From: a virus
Virus record (IMG/VR): IMGVR_UViG_3300045988_155520
Span: 160,001-224,000 of that record
DNA: 64,000 nucleotides
Direction: 5' to 3' (one strand)
The notes under the pieces were generated by a model, which ran no database searches, was not told where the DNA came from, and saw only the letters and a list, made by a program, of their open reading frames with translations. Shown here one piece after another: positions 8,589 through 18,007 of this stretch (its first letter is position 1; each line of letters begins with the position of its first letter). Both the position numbers and the translations under genes were made by a program.

Positions 8589-9830
8589 TTATATTTCTTT
8601 ATCATCTTCTATAACACCGCTTTCATTTTCCTCACTATCAATATTAAATGTATCAAGTTCAGCAGGTGAAAAATAACTATCATTTATAACATAAATATCA
8701 GATTGCTTGGTATCTATATCTTTTTTAAATCTTTGATAATCAATATTATGCAATACAGAATCTGTTAAACTATTAATATATCTTCTACCAAGTTTAGTCG
8801 GTGTAAGAATTTCTTTCATAATTTTATTAAACTCTTCAGGCGTATTTTCACATAATTTCATGAAAATGAAAGGAACTACGTCAGTATCATATCCATTCAT
8901 TAATGAATATAATTTATCCCATAAACCAACACCAAGTCGCATGTCCCATGGTTCAGCTTTGATAAAATCAGCTTTGCGTAAAATATAATTTGCTTTCTTT
9001 CTATCTTTTGGCAAACCATGTGAAGATACGAGTTCAAAAATTCCACGTATAGTTTCACGTAAAAGTAAAGGGAAATTAAGTGCTTGAACTGTTATAATAG
9101 GTCTTTCTGACTTTCCGCCTAATTTAACAGAAACATAAGAACCTTGATTTGTATTACCGTCTATTATTTTATCGTTTTTAACAAATGCCAGATAATCACC
9201 TAAATCCATTAATTCTTTATATAGAGTAATTAACTCTTCATCAATATTATCAAAATAATCATCTGATATAAAACTTAAATTAGATAACCTAATACTTGCA
9301 CCTTGAATTAATGAATCAATAACTCTTCTTTTAGATATTTCATTATCTATTTTATCTTTTTCTAATACATCCTCAAACTCATATTTATTATCCTCATCAT
9401 CCTCTTCAGGGGTTAATCTTGCATTTTCTGAATCAACCTTATCAACTATATTTAACGAAAAATTAATAGAGTTTTTAGGAATAGAGAATAAATCACAAAC
9501 AATATTATGACATACTTTTTCTAAATGATTACGTAAAGGTTCTTCTAAATCTCTAATTTTCAATAAACATTTAATAGCTCTATCTGATAACACATCAATA
9601 TCATTAATATTATAACCATATTTTTGAAGTGTATCAGAAACATCATTAAAACGTTTTTTAGCTATAATATAATCAAATGGATATATATCATCAGAAGGAA
9701 ATACAGCATTATTACCTAAAGATGTCTTATGTGAAGAAAGTGCTTTATATAAAAAAGATGGTAATTTACTTATAACCCTTTTCTTAATAACATTAATTTT
9801 ATCTTCTGTTAAATATATTCGTTTTATCAT
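8589..9830 (-). CDS. Hypothetical protein (413 aa) starting MIKRIYLTE
   Basis: ORF track; shared N-terminal LTE motif. Confidence 0.75.
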   Translation of the reverse strand: MIKRIYLTEDKINVIKKRVISKLPSFLYKALSSHKTSLGNNAVFPSDDIYPFDYIIAKKRFNDVSDTLQKYGYNINDIDVLSDRAIKCLLKIRDLEEPLRNHLEKVCHNIVCDLFSIPKNSINFSLNIVDKVDSENARLTPEEDDEDNKYEFEDVLEKDKIDNEISKRRVIDSLIQGASIRLSNLSFISDDYFDNIDEELITLYKELMDLGDYLAFVKNDKIIDGNTNQGSYVSVKLGGKSERPIITVQALNFPLLLRETIRGIFELVSSHGLPKDRKKANYILRKADFIKAEPWDMRLGVGLWDKLYSLMNGYDTDVVPFIFMKLCENTPEEFNKIMKEILTPTKLGRRYINSLTDSVLHNIDYQRFKKDIDTKQSDIYVINDSYFSPAELDTFNIDSEENESGVIEDDKEI

Positions 9831-10342
9831 AACAATTTTAAAAATTCATCCAAATCCTTTTTATTAAAAGGCACAGAATTATTTCTCATTTCTACTAATT
9901 TCCCATTTCTTTTATAGGAAGAATTTTCCATACTACCATTAGGCGTTGAACCTTTTGGAGTAACAACAGTATTTAACTGTGATGTTTTACTATTGTAAGC
10001 AACTATCTTAGCATCTTTCTTAGATGGGTCTTTAGCAGCATCTGTAACCTGTTTAACTGCTTCTGCTTTGTTTGACACATCAACATTAATCTGTTGACCC
10101 TCTCCTGAATTTGTATTCTGTTGTCCGTCAACTTGATTAGGTTGAAACGATACATTATTTACATTATGATTCTGATTAAGAGTACTTGCTGCGTTATTGA
10201 CCGCATCGGTTGGTGTCTTTGCAGAATTACTAATAGAAGCTGATACACCACCTGTATTAGTTACTTCTTTAATCTGAATATTTTTCTTAGAGAATGCGAT
10301 ACCCTCGTGCAATATTCCATTTATTTTAGTATAAACTCTCAT
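9827..10342 (-). CDS. Hypothetical N/S/T/Q-rich protein (171 aa)
   Basis: ORF track; 4-nt overlap with the downstream gene. Confidence 0.7.
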   Translation of the reverse strand: MRVYTKINGILHEGIAFSKKNIQIKEVTNTGGVSASISNSAKTPTDAVNNAASTLNQNHNVNNVSFQPNQVDGQQNTNSGEGQQINVDVSNKAEAVKQVTDAAKDPSKKDAKIVAYNSKTSQLNTVVTPKGSTPNGSMENSSYKRNGKLVEMRNNSVPFNKKDLDEFLKLL

Positions 10343-10354
10343 AATAGACTTAAA

Positions 10355-10370
10355 CTTTAATTATAAATAT
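10355..10370 (-). promoter_or_regulatory. Copy of the conserved 15-mer (sense ATATTTATAATTAAAG)
   Basis: Lies 12 nt upstream of ATG 10342. One of 7 copies of ATATTTATA(T/A)T(A/T)AAA. Confidence 0.45.
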
Positions 10371-10390
10371 ATAATTAGTGATATAAAAAA

Positions 10391-10414
10391 AAGAGGAAGT
10401 GCGAACTTCCTCTT
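10391..10414 (-). terminator. Rho-independent terminator
   Basis: AAGAGGAAGT-GCGA-ACTTCCTCTT, followed by a T-run on the minus strand. Confidence 0.7.
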
Positions 10415-10443
10415 TAGACCAGTTAACAAAGTACCATTTTTTT

Positions 10444-11013
10444 TTAAAAAGGTGACGAAAAAGGATTTTCATCATCAATATACGTCTTATCTAATTTCTT
10501 CTCTTGACGTGTATATTTTCTTTCGTCATTAACGTTGAAATATTCTTGTAGTGTTTCGGCAATGAGATTATCTATATAATTTCTTGATTCCATTGTCATA
10601 TCATCATTATCACCCTCTGGTGTTTCCTCATTATCATTATTTTCATCTTCATCAGACTTTTTATCATCACCACTTTTCATCTTCTCAGACCACTTATCAA
10701 CGTCATCGTCACCAACATTTTCATTCTTACCTACCGCTGGGGCTAACATACCCATGACATAATCCACAGTTTCCTCTGAAGCATCTGGCAAAATATAGCT
10801 TAACTCACCAGCAGCCTTTTGCGCTTTATTATCAACACCATTAGAGTCTGGTGCATTTGCTTCATCATTATCATCTGTTGGATTATCACCTCCGTTTACG
10901 TCATCAGACATAGGGTCACTACCCATATCAAACCCACTTGGCTCATTCATCTGTGGCGGAATAGGCGATGGTGCTGGCTGCGGATTTAGGTCAGCAGCCA
11001 TACGACCAGGCAA
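10444..11013 (-). CDS. Very acidic hypothetical protein (189 aa; the true start may be ATG at 11001)
   Basis: ORF track (TTG start). D/E/N-rich low complexity. Confidence 0.65.
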   Translation of the reverse strand: MPGRMAADLNPQPAPSPIPPQMNEPSGFDMGSDPMSDDVNGGDNPTDDNDEANAPDSNGVDNKAQKAAGELSYILPDASEETVDYVMGMLAPAVGKNENVGDDDVDKWSEKMKSGDDKKSDEDENNDNEETPEGDNDDMTMESRNYIDNLIAETLQEYFNVNDERKYTRQEKKLDKTYIDDENPFSSPF

Positions 11014-11029
11014 CTTTAGTTTAGTTGGT

Positions 11030-12736
11030 CTACTTTCGTTTAGATTTTTTTTTTAAATTGCGTAGATTTCTACGAATTGATTCAGCGATTGAATTTTCAA
11101 CTGTTTTTACATCTAAATCAAATGGTGCGCCACTACCGATATTAGTTGCATATGGTGTGTCATTTTTAGCAGACTCATCATTCATGTCATAATATCCATC
11201 AAACTCTTGATGATTTTTATTTGGCGTAGTCATAGGCTGCTTTCTGAAGCATGGATGCTTACCAAATTCATCAAGTGCATTCATATTACCATTAGGTACA
11301 CGATTAGCATTAGAGAAAGGTTTCATACCGCCTTCATTCATACGACGTTTCGCTTTCTTAAATGCTCTTGATTCAAAAATCTGATAACCTTTACGATTTC
11401 TTGATTCCATAGGCATTTCATCTTCCTCTTTCTCGTCATCTTCAATACCGTCGCCAAACTCATCCTCAGATTCATCATCATCTGAATATAAGTCATCATC
11501 GTCTTCAAACTCTTCAGTATCAAAGTCATTAGTGTCAATACCTAATTTCTGTGCGATTTGTTCAAGAGTATCTTCCATTGCTTCTACACGTGCAGACAAG
11601 TCATCTTCATCAAACTCATCTTCGTCATCCCCGAAGTCATCATCATCCTCGAAGTCGTCTTCGTCATTCTCGGCATCAATAGCCTCGTCACCAAGTGTAT
11701 CGTCTTCTATACCTTCATCACCCATAGTGTCATCAGCATCGTCCATGACATCATCAGTATTTTCTAAATCAGTATCAACTTCATTATCTTCAACATCCTC
11801 AGAATTTTCAGGATTTTCATCAGGAATTTCATCAAGTCCCTCATTTACATTGGTTTCCTTGTCAAAAGGAGCTGAATCACCAACTTTATTAACACCTACG
11901 TTAGGTGTATTCTGATTCTCAGCATCATGCATAGCAACTCCCTCTTCAACTGTTTCCTCATCAAAAGGTGCTGAACTACCAACCTCGGTACCATGAGATT
12001 TATCCATATATGTATCAGCCATGTTGCCCTTTGCATCCTGACCTTCCTGATGCCAAGCTAAAGGTTCAGCAGACTCTTTAACTGCCTTGTAATCATTTGC
12101 ATCTTTAGCCTTACCTGTCTGGTGCTTAGATTTACGGAAACTATTCTTTGGATTAGCATCCTTTAAGTTCTCATAACCCTCAACATCAGCTGATTTTGAA
12201 GCATCTTCACCCTTGCACTCTTTTGAACCACAAACACCACATGAGTTATCACTCTCCATAGTCATTGACTGAGGTTTAGATTCATTAATACAAGCAGCAT
12301 TATACATAATCTGACGTTCACGAAGAATCTCCTTACGCATTTTCTCAGTTGATTCAAGAGTAAGGTTTTCTTTCTTGTCAGGATTCCAAGACTCAATCAT
12401 GATATTCTTACCATTTGCATATGCCTCACGAATTGACATCATTTTAAGTTCAAAATTCTTCTGTGCAGCAGCAAAACTTGAATATTCGTTATCTTTTCTG
12501 TTTTTAAAACCACCAATATAGTTGAAGTCCTCTTTTACTAAAGTCTTCTTGTTAGGTGCTGTTTCAATGTAATACTTAGAACCTTCTCTAATAATTCCAT
12601 ATACATTTCCATCTGCACCAAGTTTCTGATACTCAATAGAAGAGTATGTATTATTCTTAGATTCTGTCTGAAGACCATAATTCATCAAACCTTTCATTCG
12701 AGAAAGCTGGTCATTGACATTTACCTTTTTATTCAT
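11030..12736 (-). CDS. Very acidic hypothetical protein (568 aa) with three G-x-x-APFD repeats and a long D/E tract
   Basis: ORF track. Repeats GSSAPFDEET, GDSAPFDKET and GSGAPFDLDV. The Ser-rich plus-strand ORF 11532..11915 is its antisense shadow. Confidence 0.75.
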   Translation of the reverse strand: MNKKVNVNDQLSRMKGLMNYGLQTESKNNTYSSIEYQKLGADGNVYGIIREGSKYYIETAPNKKTLVKEDFNYIGGFKNRKDNEYSSFAAAQKNFELKMMSIREAYANGKNIMIESWNPDKKENLTLESTEKMRKEILRERQIMYNAACINESKPQSMTMESDNSCGVCGSKECKGEDASKSADVEGYENLKDANPKNSFRKSKHQTGKAKDANDYKAVKESAEPLAWHQEGQDAKGNMADTYMDKSHGTEVGSSAPFDEETVEEGVAMHDAENQNTPNVGVNKVGDSAPFDKETNVNEGLDEIPDENPENSEDVEDNEVDTDLENTDDVMDDADDTMGDEGIEDDTLGDEAIDAENDEDDFEDDDDFGDDEDEFDEDDLSARVEAMEDTLEQIAQKLGIDTNDFDTEEFEDDDDLYSDDDESEDEFGDGIEDDEKEEDEMPMESRNRKGYQIFESRAFKKAKRRMNEGGMKPFSNANRVPNGNMNALDEFGKHPCFRKQPMTTPNKNHQEFDGYYDMNDESAKNDTPYATNIGSGAPFDLDVKTVENSIAESIRRNLRNLKKKSKRK

Positions 12737-12762
12737 AATTGATATAATAATTGATTGATTAT

Positions 12763-12777
12763 TTTAATATAAATATC
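12763..12777 (-). promoter_or_regulatory. Copy of the conserved 15-mer (sense ATATTTATATTAAAA)
   Basis: Lies 26 nt upstream of ATG 12736. The exact 15-mer also occurs at 20666 and 32261. Confidence 0.45.
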
Positions 12778-12811
12778 TTTATCAAATAAAAAATAATTGA
12801 TAATAAAGATA

Positions 12812-14050
12812 TTATCTAACATCATCGGCTGTTCCACCTTTGTTATCTCTACCTCTGGTATCAAACTGTACTTGGAATAAACGTCGTGTAAACTTATCTA
12901 ACGCTCTTATGTAAACGGTTGAACCCTCTTCCATTGTATAAGGGTCAAACTCAAGACATATAGCATAATTATAACCTATTAGATTAGATAATTGAGGAAT
13001 ATTGTAAACTTTATAAGTTTTACCATTTTCCTTACTTGTCATAAGGATGCCGTTATTTAAGATAAAATTCTTAAGAGTGTCACGTTCATGTCTCCAACGT
13101 TCTGCAAATGGATTATGGTCGGCATTTCCGTCAGCAACCACCTCTTCATTCAAAGAGTTAACATCGTCATATAAGGAAGCAATTAAATCCCACAATTTAT
13201 CCAGATAACCTGCTCTACGTAAAACTTTATACACAATGTTACCAACACCCATTTCACCGTCTTCAAGACCTTCCTTTCTTGTTTCCTGAATTGTTGATAA
13301 CAAATCTTCCGCTTCTTCTGAAATCTTCTCTAAGACATGTTTATCATCGGTAGATTTTGCACTGTCTATTAAATCATCTATCTGAGTCATGAAATCAGCT
13401 GCTATAGACTTGATTTCATATTTCTCTAAACCTATTTCTTCTATATCATCTGGATTTGGCTTTTTTAACCATTCATTACCTTCCAAATCATATATACCGC
13501 CTGATTCAGTTTCAGCATCAATATCTTCAACGTAAAGTTCTACTTTATATCCGTAAATCTCGAGTGAATCATGTTCGTTATTCCATGCATTCTTCTTAGC
13601 TTTAAAATATTCTTCAACAAACTCTACACGTTTATCAACTTTTTCAAAATCTACTACAATATGTAAATCAATATCAGAATATTCAGACCAATTAAAATTA
13701 CATATGGAACCAGTTAAAATATAACCTTCAGGTTTTACCCATGTAACACCCATAGTGTCCCAAAAATCATCAGCTATATCTAATAGACGTAAACGTACTT
13801 TAGAATCAAGTTTATCATCCTTCCATATTTCTGGTACAAGGGTCTTTTCTTTTTTAAAAGAACTTAAACTAATTTCCTCTGCATCAACTTCTGGAATAAC
13901 ATTTTCCCCCAAACTATCTTGCACAACATGACCATACTCAAGACTAGTACCAGTATTTAACTTATAGTTATCTTGAGAAACGAAATCATTATTATTTTCT
14001 TTTAATAATGATAATTTACTATTTGGAATGAAAACCTTTTTACTCATCAT
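12812..14050 (-). CDS. Pol-beta-superfamily nucleotidyltransferase-domain protein (412 aa)
   Basis: Signature LTGSICNFNWSEYSDIDLHIVVD (G-S-x10-D-x-D), plus a downstream acidic strand VELYVED. Confidence 0.6.
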   Translation of the reverse strand: MMSKKVFIPNSKLSLLKENNNDFVSQDNYKLNTGTSLEYGHVVQDSLGENVIPEVDAEEISLSSFKKEKTLVPEIWKDDKLDSKVRLRLLDIADDFWDTMGVTWVKPEGYILTGSICNFNWSEYSDIDLHIVVDFEKVDKRVEFVEEYFKAKKNAWNNEHDSLEIYGYKVELYVEDIDAETESGGIYDLEGNEWLKKPNPDDIEEIGLEKYEIKSIAADFMTQIDDLIDSAKSTDDKHVLEKISEEAEDLLSTIQETRKEGLEDGEMGVGNIVYKVLRRAGYLDKLWDLIASLYDDVNSLNEEVVADGNADHNPFAERWRHERDTLKNFILNNGILMTSKENGKTYKVYNIPQLSNLIGYNYAICLEFDPYTMEEGSTVYIRALDKFTRRLFQVQFDTRGRDNKGGTADDVR

Positions 14051-14292
14051 TATAAATGATTAGATGGCGGAAAATTCTTACCTTCTCCCTTAAAATCAAT
14101 TTTATGTTTCTCTACTTTAGATACAAGCAAATCACTTGGTACAGCATCTTCCTGACCCAACATCAAACCATCCTTATCTGGTCCGACTTTAATATCCTTG
14201 TCAGGTTCATACTCTACACGAGTTTGCATTGCCATAGTCTCAAATCTTTCTGGTTCGTTAAAACCATAACCATCATATTCTTGTTCTAACAT
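14050..14292 (-). CDS. Hypothetical protein (80 aa from ATG 14292; the track ORF extends to 14337)
   Basis: ORF track. The first ATG gives MLEQEYDGYGF... Confidence 0.5.
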   Translation of the reverse strand: MLEQEYDGYGFNEPERFETMAMQTRVEYEPDKDIKVGPDKDGLMLGQEDAVPSDLLVSKVEKHKIDFKGEGKNFPPSNHL

Positions 14293-14339
14293 GTTTAATA
14301 CTTTTTTTAATAAATAGGTTATAAAATAAAAAAGCACTG

Positions 14340-14924
14340 CTATTTAGCGGTGCTTTTATTAAATGTAACTACTTCATTAGTAACAAAGTTTATATAGAAG
14401 TGAGATATATCTTCTAAATCTTTCATATAAGCTTTAAAAGCAATATCTTTCCGTCCCCATTTAGCTCGTTGATAAGGTACATAGCATTCTTGAGGTGTAT
14501 CGTAAACAATATTTTTCCCACTACTAATATATTCTTTATATTTGGTTTCAGCGAAATACGTTAATTGTTCTCGTTTTACAAAAAGAAGTTTATTATCTGT
14601 TTTAAAAACAATATAATCTTCTTCCCCATAAATCCATCCTGGCTTTCCACTGACATTCTGTATCTCTAACCAAGTTATACTATAATCTTTATTAGAGTCA
14701 GTTCTTTTATTCTTACGTGAATCTTTAACATCTACTCCATATCTTTTTCCATTAGGTGCATCCCACCAAAAATCAACATGCTTCTTTGTATCTTCTGTTA
14801 TTGTTGATTGATAGCATTTACCGCCTAATAATGTTTCAATCTTATCACGTGTAAATAAGTCAGCTTTCATACCCTCATCGAAACATCGTTTAGTTTCTTT
14901 TTTTACAACATAAGATACACTCAT
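14340..14924 (-). CDS. Hypothetical protein (194 aa); weak PD-(D/E)xK-like pattern
   Basis: ORF track. Pattern HVDFWWD...YGVDVKDSRK. 4-nt overlap with thyA. The nuclease idea is speculative. Confidence 0.65.
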   Translation of the reverse strand: MSVSYVVKKETKRCFDEGMKADLFTRDKIETLLGGKCYQSTITEDTKKHVDFWWDAPNGKRYGVDVKDSRKNKRTDSNKDYSITWLEIQNVSGKPGWIYGEEDYIVFKTDNKLLFVKREQLTYFAETKYKEYISSGKNIVYDTPQECYVPYQRAKWGRKDIAFKAYMKDLEDISHFYINFVTNEVVTFNKSTAK

Positions 14925-16000
14925 CCGACACTTAAAGGAAACTTAATTGAAGCATCTGGATGATAATTATAAATTAAGAAACTATCATATTTAAAATCAT
15001 CCATACTTCTTATTTCGCCTTGTATTCTGAGCTGTGGTAGAGTATTACTACCAGTACGTTTTAATTGCTCCTGTACGCCATTTAATTGGTTCTCATAGAT
15101 ATGACAATCACCGCCAATATAAACCAACTCATCTACGGTCATATTACAAACATGCGCAAACATGTGCGTTAACAAAGCTGCTGAACAAATATTATAAGGA
15201 CAACCCAAAGGTAAATCATTACTTCTAATATTCAACATGCAACTTAATTTATACTTTGGAATATCAATATAATTTAGAAATGTTTCCGTAACATCACATT
15301 GTTCACCTTCATTTAAACTTTCTTTATACAAATCTATACGTTCACCCAATGTAAGTTCTTTTGTATAGAATTGATACATTATATGACAAGGATATAACGC
15401 AGCTTCATCTACAGTATCTGGGTCATAACAAGTTAAAATAATACGTCTTGATGTAGGGTCATTCCTTAGTAGATTGACAAGTTCCCTAATTTGGTCTTTA
15501 CCAGAAGAACCAAAATGCCTCCAGTTCTTACCATACATAGCACCAAGGTCTCCATACTTATACTCTTTTTCTATCTTTTCATCATCAACACAACGTACAA
15601 CCCTAACTTTCTCTCCTGCTTTAACTTTCTCTAAAAACTCTTCTTTAGATATTCCAGATAAAATATGATAGCCCATTTTTACCATACGTTCGTTCATACA
15701 TTGGTCATTCTTAACAGCGATGTCGTTAAAATAACGAAACGCATCATCATTCCAAATATTAACACCATTATCTACAAGATATTTAATATTCGTAGAACCT
15801 GAAATAAACCAAAGTAACTCATGAATTATTCCTTTTGTGCTTACTTTTTTGGTTGTAAGTAAAGGTAGTCCATCTTTTAAATTAAAACGCATCATACGTC
15901 CAAAAACAGACTTTACAAGTCCACTACGTGTCTTACGTTCACTACCATTTTCTAAAACATCTCGAAGTAAATCAAGATATTGTTTATCAACATTATTCAT
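14921..16000 (-). CDS. thyA: Thymidylate synthase (ThyA family) with two large insertions
   Basis: Motifs IIHELLWF, SRRIIL, LYPCH (catalytic Cys-His), IRSND, PYNICS (Asn retained) and GGDCHIY. 359 aa versus about 264 in E. coli. Confidence 0.85.
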   Translation of the reverse strand: MNNVDKQYLDLLRDVLENGSERKTRSGLVKSVFGRMMRFNLKDGLPLLTTKKVSTKGIIHELLWFISGSTNIKYLVDNGVNIWNDDAFRYFNDIAVKNDQCMNERMVKMGYHILSGISKEEFLEKVKAGEKVRVVRCVDDEKIEKEYKYGDLGAMYGKNWRHFGSSGKDQIRELVNLLRNDPTSRRIILTCYDPDTVDEAALYPCHIMYQFYTKELTLGERIDLYKESLNEGEQCDVTETFLNYIDIPKYKLSCMLNIRSNDLPLGCPYNICSAALLTHMFAHVCNMTVDELVYIGGDCHIYENQLNGVQEQLKRTGSNTLPQLRIQGEIRSMDDFKYDSFLIYNYHPDASIKFPLSVG

Positions 16001-16211
16001 TATCTCTATTTTTATTTAATATTACATCTGCAAACTTAGAAGGGTATAATTGAGGATGAATGATTTTTTGATAATATTTAAACTCTTTCTTAATATCATC
16101 AAATCCTGTAACGTAAGTAATTTTATCAGCAGGTATCCGCCTACTAACCCCGTTTCCTAAATCGACGTATAATAATACATCTTCGCTATTTTCATTTGTC
16201 TTGTGGCTCAT
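15993..16211 (-). CDS. Hypothetical protein (72 aa)
   Basis: ORF track; overlaps both neighbours in the operon. Confidence 0.55.
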   Translation of the reverse strand: MSHKTNENSEDVLLYVDLGNGVSRRIPADKITYVTGFDDIKKEFKYYQKIIHPQLYPSKFADVILNKNRDNE

Positions 16212-16926
16212 GTTTAATTCTTTTTTCCAACCATGTTTTAATTTTATTCAATGTTTCAAACGTATCTTTGTCAATTAAAATACCAACAGAATCTGGTTTA
16301 AACTTTTCAAATTTTTCATTACACTCATTAACGATATAAGACAAATTTTGTAAATCGTTAGGAGTAAACAAAAAATTCGTTAATTGTATTTCTTCTTCTC
16401 TAATCTGTATTCCTGATTCTGCAGCATCAATATAATCTGATTTTAGTTCTGCTGTTATAACACCTTTATTACCATTCAATAAATTATAAACATACGCATT
16501 CATCATTGAAAAATTACCGATGAATTGTCCTTTACTTAAACTATGTTTAAAGCAATGTTCCAAAGTACGTTCTTCAATCAAATCAATCCACTCCGTCCAC
16601 TTATTATCTATTTCTTGAATCTGTTTTGCTGGTTTGTGTGCCATTACAAAATTTTCGACAAATTCATTTCTACGAGAACGTTCTGGATAAAATAGATTAA
16701 AATCAACGCCACGTGAGTTTAATTCTTCACATATTGCAGGATGAGAAGAAATCAAAACAATATCAGTTTTATCTACAATTGATAAAACATAATCTACATA
16801 ATTGTCTGGAAACCCATCTGAATCATAATCAGAAACTTTAACGTTTTCAACTGTTATTCCATCACGACAATTCGTTTTCAAATATCGTCTTCCACAACCA
16901 GGAAAACCACTAACAATAACCCCCAT
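16192..16926 (-). CDS. P-loop-like protein (244 aa), possible kinase
   Basis: N-terminal VIVSGFPGCGRRY resembles a Walker A motif with Arg in place of Lys. Confidence 0.45.
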   Translation of the reverse strand: MGVIVSGFPGCGRRYLKTNCRDGITVENVKVSDYDSDGFPDNYVDYVLSIVDKTDIVLISSHPAICEELNSRGVDFNLFYPERSRRNEFVENFVMAHKPAKQIQEIDNKWTEWIDLIEERTLEHCFKHSLSKGQFIGNFSMMNAYVYNLLNGNKGVITAELKSDYIDAAESGIQIREEEIQLTNFLFTPNDLQNLSYIVNECNEKFEKFKPDSVGILIDKDTFETLNKIKTWLEKRIKHEPQDK

Positions 16927-16929
16927 ATA

Positions 16930-17379
16930 CTACAACTTTTTAATTTTAACTCCTACTGATAATAAAATGTCATTAATCATCTCGTATGTATCAGTGTCTA
17001 AAGTTTTATCCAACTCATACAAAATTATACCTGCATGGTCCTTAATTGTAAACTTATCATTATTATCCATGTACATACCATTATTTGAACGGTAGATATA
17101 TTCTTCGTTAATAACATCTACGTTAACATCCTCTAAACGGTTACATGTATATTTTTTAATATACGAATTAAGTGCCTTACCTTGCGAATCACCATCTCTA
17201 AAGAACAAGTAATCTCTTACATCAACATCATTATATTGATACTGTCTACCATTTGAGAAAACGACCTTTAAAGTCTTAGGTTTATTGTCATTATCAATAC
17301 ACTCAGAATATAATATATTAGAACTCTTATACCATGTTCTATCTATATTATCACTATAAACATTAAGTAATTTACTCAT
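16930..17379 (-). CDS. Hypothetical protein (149 aa)
   Basis: ORF track; -7 box at 17411..17418. Confidence 0.7.
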   Translation of the reverse strand: MSKLLNVYSDNIDRTWYKSSNILYSECIDNDNKPKTLKVVFSNGRQYQYNDVDVRDYLFFRDGDSQGKALNSYIKKYTCNRLEDVNVDVINEEYIYRSNNGMYMDNNDKFTIKDHAGIILYELDKTLDTDTYEMINDILLSVGVKIKKL

Positions 17380-17410
17380 ATTATCTATGTTTTAAAAATT
17401 AAACTTACTG

Positions 17411-17418
17411 CAAAGATA
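17411..17418 (-). promoter_or_regulatory. Bacteroidota-type -7 box
   Basis: Sense TATCTTTG (TAnnTTTG), about 32 nt upstream of ATG 17379. Confidence 0.6.
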
Positions 17419-17453
17419 CAATATTTTTAGAAAACAACAAAACGAAATAAAAA

Positions 17454-17480
17454 AAGCTAACAAAAAAAAATTGTTAGCTT
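17454..17480 (-). terminator. Rho-independent terminator
   Basis: AAGCTAACA-N9-TGTTAGCTT, followed by a T-run on the minus strand. Confidence 0.7.
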
Positions 17481-17500
17481 TAAATCTGATTGACTTTACC

Positions 17501-17872
17501 TTACTTAAATTTCTTGTACTGACGTTTCATACCACGACCCAAAGTATCAGCAGCGTCACGATAGTATTCACCATCATTCTCTCTATCACGGTAATACTGG
17601 TAATCCTCTTGGTCTTCCATACCCTGCTTGAAAGCGTGTCGTCTAAATAACTTATCGGCTACTTTCTTATCATCAGCTGCTGGGTCCTCTGGACGGTGAT
17701 TTTTAGCTGCCATAAAAGTATCCTTATCCTTATTTGCTTTAGCACGACCAGCTACACGACCAAGCATGTATTGACCCTTTTGTGTATCACCAATCTCAGT
17801 CAATGCTCTGCGTACGGAATTTTCTACAAGTCTATGAAGGTCACTTTCTGTAAGTCTTACAATTTTTTTCAT
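17501..17872 (-). CDS. Hypothetical basic protein (123 aa) starting MKKIVRLTE
   Basis: ORF track; shared N-terminal LTE motif. Confidence 0.7.
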   Translation of the reverse strand: MKKIVRLTESDLHRLVENSVRRALTEIGDTQKGQYMLGRVAGRAKANKDKDTFMAAKNHRPEDPAADDKKVADKLFRRHAFKQGMEDQEDYQYYRDRENDGEYYRDAADTLGRGMKRQYKKFK

Positions 17873-17900
17873 TTTTTATATAATATTATTTTTTATTAAA

Positions 17901-17915
17901 CTTTAATATAAATAT
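17901..17915 (-). promoter_or_regulatory. Copy of the conserved 15-mer (sense ATATTTATATTAAAG)
   Basis: Lies 28 nt upstream of ATG 17872, in a divergent intergenic region. Confidence 0.4.
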
Positions 17916-18007
17916 CCAAATAATTCAAATGTTATCTTTTTCTATTTAAACGCCACACTTGACAAGCGTATAAAATACATTATCTTTTAAAAAAGACAAT
18001 TTTATTA

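Noticed and set aside
14921-16000. ThyA homolog as a dCMP hydroxymethylase (T4 gp42-like)
   Set aside because: The specificity position in PYNICS retains Asn as in dUMP-specific enzymes, where dCMP hydroxymethylases have Asp. Only the dUMP-based options remain open.
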